Source: Candidatus Poribacteria bacterium (lineage in GTDB: Bacteria > Poribacteria > WGA-4E > WGA-3G). Taken from it: a stretch of 64,000 nucleotides of DNA. How positions within the stretch are numbered: the first letter of the stretch is position 1; each line of letters opens with the position of its first letter. The stretch lies in the NCBI GenBank assembly GCA_965215265.1, contig OZ244048.1, positions 2,080,001-2,144,000 of the forward strand, in the 5' to 3' direction. The translations under genes and the position numbers were made by a program. Positions 43,791 through 53,629 of this stretch are shown here, one piece after another. The notes below the pieces were generated by a model, which saw only the letters and a program-made list of their open reading frames with translations, made no database searches and was not told the origin of the DNA.

Positions 43791-43913
43791 ATTGGCAGAT
43801 GCGAAAATGTTACCGTTCCGCCTTTTTTTTTCTGGTGAATATGAGAGAAAACGCCTCTGCACCTATACAGGGCGTGCGTTCTCAACCAGATGCAACATGT
43901 TACCAAAAACAGC

Positions 43914-43939
43914 AAAACGTTACCAAACGGTAACGTTTT
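43914..43939. promoter_or_regulatory. Perfect 11-bp inverted repeat, operator-like
   Basis: AAAACGTTACC-AAAC-GGTAACGTTTT abutting the AGGAG SD. Further half-sites at 43804 and 43894. Confidence 0.65.
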
Positions 43940-43955
43940 AAGGAGAAATAAAAAG

Positions 43956-44693
43956 ATGAAATTTAAAGAAAAACACAAACAATTCGCCGTCAAATGCTAC
44001 GCACGATTTATGAAACGCTCTGATGTCCTTGCGGCATTCATGTCAGAATTTTTTGACGATGTATTGCAGCCACACCTCGAAGAAAGCCTTGAAGAGAACG
44101 CCTCGGTGGAGCTCATAGAAAAAGCGGCCGATTTATTCAAGGCATTAAACATGGAAATAGAAGCCACGGAGAAAAGAATGGAGTCGTGGAATCTCCCCCC
44201 AGAGTCGGATATCACCAGCGCCGACGTAATCACCAGCTTGGCATCCTATTTTGGAAACCCAGGACTGCCTAAGGAATTTATGATCACAGTCACCAACAAA
44301 CTCTCAGAGCAACTTCGCAGGTTCGACATTACCCATCGCCAATTTCCTAAAAAATACGAGACACTGTTTTACGAAACCCGCAGAGACTTTTGCGCCAGCT
44401 ACAACGATGCCAACCTGCAAAACGCAGATAACATCGCTACGGAATTGAACAACCGCTACGGCTACACCAAACAACTCGCCTTTCAAGAAGAAGAACCGGA
44501 AAAGGCCATAAAACACGTGAACCTCGCACACCAACTCCTCAAAACCCTGATTACCTACAAAGCACTCAACGCAGAGCAAAACCTCGTAGATGTCACCCCT
44601 GAAACTGCAAAAGACATCACGGAACCGCAGAAACATTTAACGCAACAATTAGAGGAAAACGCAGAAACAACAAACGGGAAACAACCGTCATGA
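43956..44693 (+). CDS. Hypothetical protein, DUF2280-like
   Basis: KQFAVKCYARF...V...F..EF and KKYETLFYETRRDF resemble the phage DUF2280 pattern (by eye). AGGAG SD. Confidence 0.5.
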   Translation: MKFKEKHKQFAVKCYARFMKRSDVLAAFMSEFFDDVLQPHLEESLEENASVELIEKAADLFKALNMEIEATEKRMESWNLPPESDITSADVITSLASYFGNPGLPKEFMITVTNKLSEQLRRFDITHRQFPKKYETLFYETRRDFCASYNDANLQNADNIATELNNRYGYTKQLAFQEEEPEKAIKHVNLAHQLLKTLITYKALNAEQNLVDVTPETAKDITEPQKHLTQQLEENAETTNGKQPS

Positions 44694-44757
44694 GTGTCCG
44701 AACAGCCCTTGTTGTCTTTCACTAAAGTAAATGTCTACTTTTCAAGGAATTCGCACT

Positions 44758-47700
44758 ATGTCAAAACCTCGCAACCTAGAAACCGAGCTCCTCCGCCATG
44801 CCTGGCTCAATCACAACTTCGGCTACAACACCACCGGCGAGCTGCTCCACGCCATGAAAAACGAAGCGGAACGCCTCAGCCAAGACGGAAACGCCGCCCT
44901 CACTGAAGCGCTCCGCGCACGCGCCACACCGCCAATCGCAGACGCACTCCCTACCTACGACGCAAACATCCAACGCCACCTCAATGCCATCAACCGCACC
45001 CGAACCCAACCCATCCGCCTCCGCTATTTCCAATACCTCGCACTCCTCTACACCGAAATCTGCCTCGATTGGACATTGAATAAACGCACCGCCTTCCTGC
45101 ACCACCTCAACGCCTTCGTCCAACAACGCAACGCCGACAAAGCCCCCGGCGAACCCCAACATGCCCGCTTCACCGACGCAGAACTAGATAAACTCGCCTT
45201 CTGGATGGCGACAGGCGCAGGCAAAACCCTCATTCTCCACATCAACTACCACCAGTTCCGACACTACTGCCAAACCCCGTTGGATGACATTCTGCTCATC
45301 ACGCCCAACGAGGCTTTGAGCGAACAACACCGGCGCGAACTCGCAAACTCTGACATCCCCGCAGAACGCTTCCAAATGCACCGAAACCGCATCGCACACA
45401 CACACAACGCCATACAGATACTCGAAATCACAAAACTCGTCATCCAAAAAACAGGAGAAGGCGACACCATACCCGTTGAGGCGTTTGAGGGCAACAACCT
45501 TATTTTCGTTGATGAGGGACACAAAGGCACCGGCGGAGATGTCTGGCGCCACCTTCGCCAACAACTCGCCCAGACAGGCTTCACCTTTGAATACAGCGCC
45601 ACCTTCGGACAAGCGCTCGCCGCCGCAAAAAACCGAGAACGCGTTGAGGAATACGGCAAAGCCATCGTCTTCGACTATTCATACCGCCACTTTTACGCAG
45701 ACGGCTACGGAAAAGACTTCCGCATCCTCAACCTCAAACACGACGAACACACCCAAACCGAGACGCTCCTCCTCGCCAATCTCCTCGCTTTTTACCAACA
45801 GCACCACTACTTCACACACAACCGAGACAGCGCACACACCTATGGATTAGACGCACCTCTCTGGGCGTTCGTCGGCAGCAAAGTCAACGCCGTCTATACC
45901 GAAAAGCACACAAAACGCTCCGATGTCCTCAAAGTCCTCCGATTCCTCCACCGATTCCTAAAAAACCCGCACAACTGGGCCATCCGCACCCTCGCCAAAA
46001 TCCTGAATGGAGAGAGCGGCCTCACCGATGAAAACGGCACCGATGTGTTCGCCAACCAATTCCTGCTGCTCTCTCAACTTCACAAAACCCCAGCCGACAT
46101 ATACACCGCCATCCTCACAGAAGTCTTCCATACCGATACCCGTGGCGCACTGCATCTCTCTCACATCCGAAACGCACCCGGCGAAATCGCACTCAAAACC
46201 ACACACGGCCGCCAGCACTTCGGACTGCTCTACATCGGCGATACCGCTTCCTTCAAAAAACTCGTTGAAACCGATGATGCCGCCATCGTCTTCGACACCG
46301 ATAATCTCATCACGGAGAGCCTTTTCACCCACATCAACACGCCCACGAGCCCCATCAATCTGCTCATCGGCGCCAAAAAGTTCATAGAGGGCTGGGACAG
46401 CTGGCGTGTCACCGCCATGGGACTGCTCAACATCGGCAGGCAAGAAGGCGCACAAATCATACAACTCTTCGGGCGCGGAGTGCGCCTGCGCGGCAAACAG
46501 ATGAACCTAAAACGCAGCAGCGCCCTCGACGGCGAACATCCACCCCATCTCCGGCTATTGGAAACCCTTAACATCTTCGCCGTCCGGGCAAACTTCATGG
46601 CACAATTCCGAGAATACCTCACCCGTGAAGGTATCCCTGCAGAAGAACCTGTCCACATAGAAATCCCCATCAAACCCAACAAAGATTGGCTACAGACACC
46701 GCTGTTTGTCCCAGAAGTCCCAGCCTACCGCGACACCGCAAAAGACACCTGCGTGCCCTTAGCCGTCAACCCAGGCATCTATATCACCCATCGCACCCAA
46801 ACCGTTGAAATCCTACAAAGTCGCAACACCGAAAGCATACAAGACAGCACCGCACAACCCGCCATAACCCACGCACACATCCCACACGACAGCCTCAACC
46901 TCCTCAACTGGGAAGCAATCTACCTCCAACTCATCGAATACAAACAGCAAAAGCAGTATCACAATCTCATCTTCGATACCCCCACCCTCAAACGCATCAT
47001 CGCCCCAGACGCTGGCACCTATCAACTCGCCATCAGAGACGAAACTGAAATCAGCCCCACGTCTCTCACAGAACTCGCCCGGGTAGAGCAGCTCGTCCTC
47101 ACACTGCTCCGCAAGTATCTCACCAAATTCTACGGCACCATCCAGAAACGGTGGAGTGAGCATCACATCCGCCTCCGCATCTTAGACGAAAAAGACACGA
47201 ACTTCACCAACTGGCGCGTCGCCATCTCCCAAAACAACGCACAGGAACTGGTGCCGCACCTCACAGCCCTCATAGAGGCTGGCACCATCTACGGCCCCGA
47301 CTTCACCGCGCTACCCACCGCCTATAACGAATGCCACCTCTACCAACCCCTCCTCGCCGAGGACAACCGCACCATAGAACGCACCACCCCACCCCCTTTG
47401 AACGCAAGCGAAAAAGCGTTTGTCGAAGATATGCACCGATACATCCGAAAACATCACAACAGAAAACAGATTGTCCTCTTACGCAACCACAGCCGAGGCA
47501 AAGGCATCGGATTCTACCAAAACCACGGATTCTACCCCGACTTCATCCTCTGGATACTTCACGACGGCAAACAACGCATCGTCTTCATTGAACCGCACGG
47601 CCTGATGCATGAAGCCATCAACCCACACAACGAGAAAATCATGCTATTCAAAACACTCCGCCACATCAGCAGCGATACACGGTTCCGCAGTCAGTCCGTC

Positions 47701-47850
47701 GAAATGGATGCCTATATCATCTCCCACACCGATTTCACACAGATGCAGAAAAAATGCGGGTTCGACAAACAGACGTTCGAGCAGTGGCATATCCTTTTCC
47801 CAAACCCTACCGATACCACATACCTCGAACCAATTTTCAGACAGACGTAA
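44758..47850 (+). CDS. res: Type III restriction enzyme Res subunit (helicase + PD-(D/E)xK-like nuclease)
   Basis: MATGAGKT, VDEGH, YSAT, EGWD, QLFGRGVR, FYPDFILW..FIEPHG. Confidence 0.88.
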   Translation: MSKPRNLETELLRHAWLNHNFGYNTTGELLHAMKNEAERLSQDGNAALTEALRARATPPIADALPTYDANIQRHLNAINRTRTQPIRLRYFQYLALLYTEICLDWTLNKRTAFLHHLNAFVQQRNADKAPGEPQHARFTDAELDKLAFWMATGAGKTLILHINYHQFRHYCQTPLDDILLITPNEALSEQHRRELANSDIPAERFQMHRNRIAHTHNAIQILEITKLVIQKTGEGDTIPVEAFEGNNLIFVDEGHKGTGGDVWRHLRQQLAQTGFTFEYSATFGQALAAAKNRERVEEYGKAIVFDYSYRHFYADGYGKDFRILNLKHDEHTQTETLLLANLLAFYQQHHYFTHNRDSAHTYGLDAPLWAFVGSKVNAVYTEKHTKRSDVLKVLRFLHRFLKNPHNWAIRTLAKILNGESGLTDENGTDVFANQFLLLSQLHKTPADIYTAILTEVFHTDTRGALHLSHIRNAPGEIALKTTHGRQHFGLLYIGDTASFKKLVETDDAAIVFDTDNLITESLFTHINTPTSPINLLIGAKKFIEGWDSWRVTAMGLLNIGRQEGAQIIQLFGRGVRLRGKQMNLKRSSALDGEHPPHLRLLETLNIFAVRANFMAQFREYLTREGIPAEEPVHIEIPIKPNKDWLQTPLFVPEVPAYRDTAKDTCVPLAVNPGIYITHRTQTVEILQSRNTESIQDSTAQPAITHAHIPHDSLNLLNWEAIYLQLIEYKQQKQYHNLIFDTPTLKRIIAPDAGTYQLAIRDETEISPTSLTELARVEQLVLTLLRKYLTKFYGTIQKRWSEHHIRLRILDEKDTNFTNWRVAISQNNAQELVPHLTALIEAGTIYGPDFTALPTAYNECHLYQPLLAEDNRTIERTTPPPLNASEKAFVEDMHRYIRKHHNRKQIVLLRNHSRGKGIGFYQNHGFYPDFILWILHDGKQRIVFIEPHGLMHEAINPHNEKIMLFKTLRHISSDTRFRSQSVEMDAYIISHTDFTQMQKKCGFDKQTFEQWHILFPNPTDTTYLEPIFRQT

Positions 47851-47946
47851 AAAAACTTGCCAATTAACCCAAAAATCGATTATTATAAACATGATATCTT
47901 GAGGTTTTTAACTTGTTTAGAGAAACAGAAATCAGATTAGCAGCCA

Positions 47947-49119
47947 ATGAATGAACAGAACCTCCTTCAACAACTCACAGATTTTTGTCGCTTACTTCGG
48001 CAGATGGGTGTCAATGTCACCACCACGAATCAGCTCAGTTGGTGCAAAAGCGTTAACTTGATAGAGCTCAGTGAACGGGAGATTTTCTATCACACAGCAC
48101 GCACCAATCTCATCGCCGCCGAAGCCGATATAGAGACGTTCGACCTGGCGTTTAACCTATTTTGGCGGTATCCCAGACCTGAACTCCACACTCTCGAACC
48201 TGAAGCCGATCGCACAGAACCTTTAGCACTGCAAGATCTCGCCGACGACAACAGTCCCGGAGACGACACCCTCCAACAGTGGATAGACTACGATGAAAAA
48301 CAGCACGAAGAAGGCGATGATGACAACACCATCGCGTATAGTGACGAGGAGATACTCACCCAGAAGGATTTTAGCGACTTCACAGAAGAAGATATGGAAA
48401 AAGCACGCCAGATTATCGCGAAGTTGGCAGCACACCTAGCCACAAAACTTAGCCGACGAAAGGTGACCGGCCCCAACGGGCGCACCATCGATTTTCGACA
48501 AAGCTGGCGAAAAAACATCGCACACGGCGGAGAACCCCTCACATTAATCCGAAAACAGAAAAAAATTAAGAAAAACAAAATTCTACTACTCTGTGATGTC
48601 AGCGGCTCAATGGATTGCTACGCCAAATTCCTTATACAGTTTGTTTACGGCATGCAACAGACCTTTAACATGAACGGACGAGACGTTGAAGTCGCAGTCT
48701 TTAGTACCCACATGACCGACGTTACCGGGCTACTCCGCAGAAAAGGATTAGCAGATGGCTTAGAGGCATTGGCAACAGTTGTTACCGACTGGTCCGGAGG
48801 AACCAAAATCGGTGAAAGCCTCTTGGCGTTTTATCGGCAGTTCGCAGCCTCCTTCTCAGCCTACCGGACAGTCGTCATACTCATTAGCGACGGCTGGGAT
48901 CGAGGAGACACAGAGCTCCTCCAACGGGCTATGGAGATGTTGCATCGCCACGCATACCGGCTCATCTGGCTTAATCCTCTGCTCGGCAGCGATGGGTATC
49001 AGCCCATTTGCCGCGGCATCCGCACCGCATTACCGTACGTCGATTACTTCCTACCAGCGCACAATCTCGAAAGTTTAGCCCAGTTGACAAAGGTATTAAT
49101 GCCGCTCTGGGCACGATAA
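47947..49119 (+). CDS. VWA domain CoxE-like protein
   Basis: DVSGSM MIDAS motif, WSGGTKIG, ISDGWD, WLNPL. Confidence 0.88.
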   Translation: MNEQNLLQQLTDFCRLLRQMGVNVTTTNQLSWCKSVNLIELSEREIFYHTARTNLIAAEADIETFDLAFNLFWRYPRPELHTLEPEADRTEPLALQDLADDNSPGDDTLQQWIDYDEKQHEEGDDDNTIAYSDEEILTQKDFSDFTEEDMEKARQIIAKLAAHLATKLSRRKVTGPNGRTIDFRQSWRKNIAHGGEPLTLIRKQKKIKKNKILLLCDVSGSMDCYAKFLIQFVYGMQQTFNMNGRDVEVAVFSTHMTDVTGLLRRKGLADGLEALATVVTDWSGGTKIGESLLAFYRQFAASFSAYRTVVILISDGWDRGDTELLQRAMEMLHRHAYRLIWLNPLLGSDGYQPICRGIRTALPYVDYFLPAHNLESLAQLTKVLMPLWAR

Positions 49120-49168
49120 ATTAAAGCAGCCAACCAGAGCTGACGCACAAAAATAAGGAATCATAACC

Positions 49169-50296
49169 ATGCAAGTCCAAGCAGCGCTGATGCTCCAACC
49201 AGGGCAGATAGAACTCCGCGAATTTGAGAAACCGAACCCAGAAACCGACGCACTCCTGCTACAAGTTGATTCAGTCGGAATCTGCGGCAGCGATAAGCAC
49301 ATGTACCTCGGACACACCAACTTGAAATTTCCAGTCATTCCGGGACATGAAGTCGTCGGAACCGTTGCTGAAATTGGCAGTCAGGCGAATGACGTTATGA
49401 ACGTCATCGGCGGACCCATCAAGGCCGGAGATCGCATCACCGTCGTCCCCGGTTCAAAGAACTGCGGAAGCTGTTATTACTGCTTGCGGGTGCCAGGACG
49501 CCCTACCCTCTGCACCAGTAGAACAATTTACGGATTCAGCAACAGCGAAACTCCACCCTATCTCACAGGTGAATTCTCCGAGTACACCTATATCCATGGA
49601 AACTCGTGGGTCTACAAGATACCTCACACCCTCCCAGAGGAAATTCCAGTTTTAACAGAGCCGGTCGCAGTCGCGACACGCACTGTTGAACGCGCCTTTG
49701 CACCAGGACTGCCCCATATCGGCGATGGAATGGGCATTGGCAGCCGAGTCGCCGTACTCGGATGCGGACCGATCGGGCTGCTCGTGATTGCAGTACTCCG
49801 CGATAGCGGCGCAGGCACAATCATCGCTACAGATCTGGTCGAGAGCCGCCTGGAAATGGCACAACGGATGGGCGCAGATCTGACCATCAACGCAGCAGAT
49901 ACCACACCCGAACAACGGATTGAACACATTCAGCAAATCACAGACGGTGTCGGCGTGGACATCGCTATTGAGTGCGCAGGAATACCGCAGGTCTTCTCTG
50001 AAGCCGTTGATGTTGTACGACGCGGCGGAAAACTCGTTGAAGTCGGACACTATACCGATTCAGGCAAAACGGCAATACGGCCACATCAAATTTGCAACAA
50101 AGACCTCGATATCTCCGGTGTCTGGGCATATCCGCAAATCCAATTTCAGACAGCCATAGAATTCCTACAGCGAACACGTGCACCCTTGGACGAACTCATA
50201 ACCCATCACCTCCCCTTGCACCAACTCGAAAACGGAATTGAGATGCTCGGGCAAGAAAACGTTTATAAAGTTGTAATCAAACCACACAGACTTTAA
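49169..50296 (+). CDS. Zinc-binding (MDR) alcohol/polyol dehydrogenase
   Basis: GICGSD, GHE, C..C..C...C, GCGPIG. Confidence 0.9.
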   Translation: MQVQAALMLQPGQIELREFEKPNPETDALLLQVDSVGICGSDKHMYLGHTNLKFPVIPGHEVVGTVAEIGSQANDVMNVIGGPIKAGDRITVVPGSKNCGSCYYCLRVPGRPTLCTSRTIYGFSNSETPPYLTGEFSEYTYIHGNSWVYKIPHTLPEEIPVLTEPVAVATRTVERAFAPGLPHIGDGMGIGSRVAVLGCGPIGLLVIAVLRDSGAGTIIATDLVESRLEMAQRMGADLTINAADTTPEQRIEHIQQITDGVGVDIAIECAGIPQVFSEAVDVVRRGGKLVEVGHYTDSGKTAIRPHQICNKDLDISGVWAYPQIQFQTAIEFLQRTRAPLDELITHHLPLHQLENGIEMLGQENVYKVVIKPHRL

Positions 50297-50306
50297 GGGG
50301 AAAACG

Positions 50307-51293
50307 ATGAAAAATTCCACACTCACATCCCGCAACTCGCAAAAATTTCACATCTGGTCCACCATAGCGTTAATCTTCTTTCTTTCGAACCCACAACTCT
50401 TTGCCGCTGACGCTACGGAGGAACCCTTACTCTACAAAACAATAGAAGGTACCAAGAAATACATTGTCGAACAGCAAAATCGCGACGGCGGCTGGCCACT
50501 ATTACCCGGGAACGAGAGCGAAGTCGAAACCACAGCGTTCGCAATTTGGGCGCTTATCGACGCAGGCTGGGGCACCGGCTCACAAGTCATCCGAATGGGC
50601 ATCGCATATCTCAGACACGCACAGCAGGACAACGGCAGCTGGAATAACAACACAGCACACACCGCATTCGCACTCATCGCATTGTCCACGGCTGAAACGG
50701 ACCCAGAGGCACGCTTTGAAGGACTACAATGGCTACGCAAAGCGCAGAACCCTGATGGCAGCTGGGCTAAACAGCCACGAAGTCCTAACAACATCCTTTA
50801 TACTGCCGCTGTACTAACTGCGTTCAAAAGACTCGGTTTCAAAGGAAACTTTGAACCAGTCTCTAAAGGCACCGATTGGCTCGCCGAACGGATTAATTTT
50901 GATGGCGGCTGGGCACACAATCGCGGGCAGCGATCCGACGTTTTTTTGACCGCCTGGGTCCTGCAAGCATTATCCACTGTCTACGATGTTGATACCCAAA
51001 TCGCATGGATAAAACAGATGCAGAACCTCGACGGCGGCTTCGGGCAATATAAGAATACCAATAGCGATGCAGAGGTGACTGCACTCGCAATTATGGCACT
51101 CGCCGCCGGCAATGACCCACTCAATACAAGACGCGTCGCAATCAACTATTTAACGCGCACCCAACAACCCGATGGCGGGTTTGTCAGCGATACACCCAGC
51201 GAACTCACCCAACCCACCGCAAACCTGCAGTCCACCTGTTTCGTACTCATCGCTATCTACACAAAAGGGGACGAGGAAACAACCCCAGAGTAA
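50307..51293 (+). CDS. Secreted prenyltransferase/squalene-oxidase repeat protein
   Basis: Signal peptide and repeated Q..DG[GS][WF] motifs. Confidence 0.8.
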   Translation: MKNSTLTSRNSQKFHIWSTIALIFFLSNPQLFAADATEEPLLYKTIEGTKKYIVEQQNRDGGWPLLPGNESEVETTAFAIWALIDAGWGTGSQVIRMGIAYLRHAQQDNGSWNNNTAHTAFALIALSTAETDPEARFEGLQWLRKAQNPDGSWAKQPRSPNNILYTAAVLTAFKRLGFKGNFEPVSKGTDWLAERINFDGGWAHNRGQRSDVFLTAWVLQALSTVYDVDTQIAWIKQMQNLDGGFGQYKNTNSDAEVTALAIMALAAGNDPLNTRRVAINYLTRTQQPDGGFVSDTPSELTQPTANLQSTCFVLIAIYTKGDEETTPE

Positions 51294-51527
51294 CCGCACA
51301 TGCCTACCAGAGAAGTTACGCCACCGATGATATCCACACACCCACCGGCAAAACCACAGACTGCTATCGCTTTGCAAGCCGTGCACCCTTTTTCGCCCCC
51401 TCCGGCGTTGATTCATCCGTGACGAGCCGCAAAACCAATGCCCGTTCCCGAGACATCTCAGCCCTAGAACAGCCCCATAATCGCATCCAGTATCAGAAAC
51501 AGCCTCATCTCCTTCCCTTCTGAAAAA

Positions 51528-52583
51528 TCAGAATGAATACGATGTTGCCAAAGAAAACAAGCTGCCAATTTTAATCGCATCCCCTTCAGCGTAAAGCGTC
51601 GCTTGAGTTAACGGCAACATGACGTTAGCAGAAACGGAAATCTCATTGGGCATCGCCAAGGCGATACCGAGTGCTGCTACGCTATAACGCAGCCCGGTAT
51701 TGATATCACGCTCTCCAGCCCAAGCCGCTGAAGCTTGGTAAAATCCAAGGTAGTTCCCGGTCACTGAAAGCCACCTGAATGGGCGATACCTAACCCCTAT
51801 CGTATAAGTCAACTCTACTGGACCTCGATAAGTTTTGCTATTTTCATAGACAGGAAACGTGCCACGGCCGGAAGCAGTCAGCGCCATACCTCGATAGAGC
51901 GGGAGGCTGTACTCCAAATTCGCAATCGGGTTAAAGGTACCAGTACCAAACTGGATATGGAGGTGCCTCATACCAGCATCTCCCAGTTTCCAAGGGTTTT
52001 CCTCGGTTTTACCAATCGGAATCGTGGTACCCAACCGGGCAAACAAGATGTCATCCGTTTTAAACAGCCCAGAAATTCTATAGCCTAATAACAGATCCAA
52101 ATCCGAAAATCCGACGTAGGTCTCATTTCTATGATGGATATCTCCATTATCCAAAATAGCTTGCTCATCTTCAGCACTCACTGAACTAAAGAACTCAACA
52201 TGTGCATCTTGATTTTTAATCGCATACGGAACGTTTGCTCGTAACGTCCATTGATGGTTCAGCAAGTATTGTAAACCAACATCAATTCGGTACGTGCTCA
52301 TCTCGACATGGTGTCTATGCTCAGGAACGCGCACAACTTCTCCTGTTGGTGAAAGTCCTTTTTTTGAAAAATGTCCACCTTGTGCATTAGGGGACATCAA
52401 CATATTGACATTAAGGCGAAATTGCCTCATCTCTTTTGAAGTCAAACTGACTTCACCTATCCCGCTCGGCGGCAAGATAGGATTGCTTCATGCAGGGCAG
52501 CTTTCTTGGGTGAACCCAACAGAGATAAAAACCCAATTTAGCAGCATGATGTGTAGGAATAGACTCATTTTCATGTTACGCAT
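51528..52583 (-). CDS. Putative selenoprotein: outer-membrane beta-barrel with N-terminal CxxU motif (351 aa)
   Basis: GGAGG-6 nt-ATG at 52583, signal-peptide-like N-terminus, ES-C-P-A-UGA(52490..52488)-SNPILPP in frame with ORF 51528..52475, alternating beta-strand pattern, terminal YSF. Confidence 0.78.
52456..52481 (-). promoter_or_regulatory. Candidate bacterial SECIS element
   Basis: Six nt after the UGA: CCUAUC-UUG-CCGC-CGA-GCGG-GAUAGG hairpin with a U-rich bulge and G in the apical loop. Confidence 0.68.
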
Positions 52584-52948
52584 TTTAGTCCTCCGAAAAG
52601 TACTTTAACATCAGTTTTATATAAACCGTAGGCATACAGGCTTGAACCGCTTGTGCGGTTGCATGCTGCCATCTCGTCACCACTCTGGAAGCGCACAAAC
52701 CTCCTCTTGAACCCGATGTCCAATTTTACAAAGAAGCACGTTCGCTATCCGGTGGATGCGGAAGGGCTAGCACATGTCACACTATTTTTATTCTTCACTA
52801 TAAATAGCCCTAATAGAACGACAAGCACTATTGCCACCAGACACAGCCCACAGAAAAGTTGCGGACAACGCTCGGCAGCATGCCCTATTTTGCTCGATTT
52901 TAAAATTTGAACCTGAACTCTGATATGAAACGCCACACGCCCAACGCG

Positions 52949-53356
52949 TTAAGAACTGGCGCACGGAGGACCCCGACGGGCTATGGTGTAACGGAGCGAA
53001 ACAGCAAATAGATGTGGAGGGTCAGGAAGAAGGGATGAACTCACAGACGCAGCCGACAAGCAGAACCTATCCTGCTTATACAATTCACCGACTGCAATCT
53101 GAAGAAATTTGGCTCGGGCGGTACTCTCATTTCGATAAATGCACTCAAACTTGGCAAAGCAGCATAACTCTTGACTCTCTGCAGGTACCTCAGATGCATC
53201 CGCGGCATTTCCGCAACACCTCTCGCGGTGTTCCACGCTCGAAGAAGCAGCACGACACAACTTCTGTTCTAAACCCGCACAAAGAAGCGGACATATTGAA
53301 TAGACATACACTATGCCTACAATTAGGATAAGAAACTGCCGGGATTTGGATAACAT
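52949..53356 (-). CDS. Small exported Cys-rich protein with C-terminal RGPP motif (DUF2946/CruR/CutF-like leader)
   Basis: Hydrophobic N-terminus, CPLLC, CC, CC, C-terminal ARRGPP. Confidence 0.6.
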   Translation of the reverse strand: MLSKSRQFLILIVGIVYVYSICPLLCAGLEQKLCRAASSSVEHRERCCGNAADASEVPAESQELCCFAKFECIYRNESTARAKFLQIAVGELYKQDRFCLSAASVSSSLLPDPPHLFAVSLRYTIARRGPPCASS

Positions 53357-53531
53357 CGCTATTAACTCGCGCAGCACGCAGTTTGAGTAAAAATATAAAA
53401 ACCTATAAAAACGTGTGATATTCTCACACCAACTTTGCACAAAAGTTCCATTGAAGATATATGATACCATAAAACACTAAAAGATTGTAAGCAAAAATCT
53501 TTGACAATTCGGCATCCTGTTCTCACAACGT

Positions 53532-53560
53532 TTGCACTTTTAATAAAAATGTAGTATAAT
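53532..53560 (+). promoter_or_regulatory. Sigma70-type promoter of msrP
   Basis: TTGCAC-17 bp-TATAAT. Confidence 0.6.
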
Positions 53561-53629
53561 AACTGACAACATAAGTCTCCCAGGCGTATTTCACTCAAAA
53601 CAAGAAAACACACCACGGAGGAAAGTCTA

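Noticed and set aside
27821-47865. AACTTGACAATT / AACTTGCCAATT as att-like repeats flanking the island
   Set aside because: Both coincide with -35 boxes of promoters, so the similarity is explained by promoter consensus.
44776-47892. Many antisense and alternate-frame ORFs over res and other genes
   Set aside because: Shadow ORFs caused by codon bias, with no motifs or SD support.
50307-51293. Squalene/oxidosqualene cyclase
   Set aside because: Too short, has a signal peptide and lacks a DxDD/DCTAE catalytic motif.
51300-51508. Minus-strand frame downstream of the Sec-barrel with two TGAs and a CTAC motif (second selenoprotein?)
   Set aside because: It also contains a TAG, no SECIS-like stem was evident, and there is no recognisable family.
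52745-52936. 63-aa hydrophobic ORF between the RGPP gene and the Sec-barrel
   Set aside because: No clear SD or family signal, so it cannot be supported as a gene from sequence alone.
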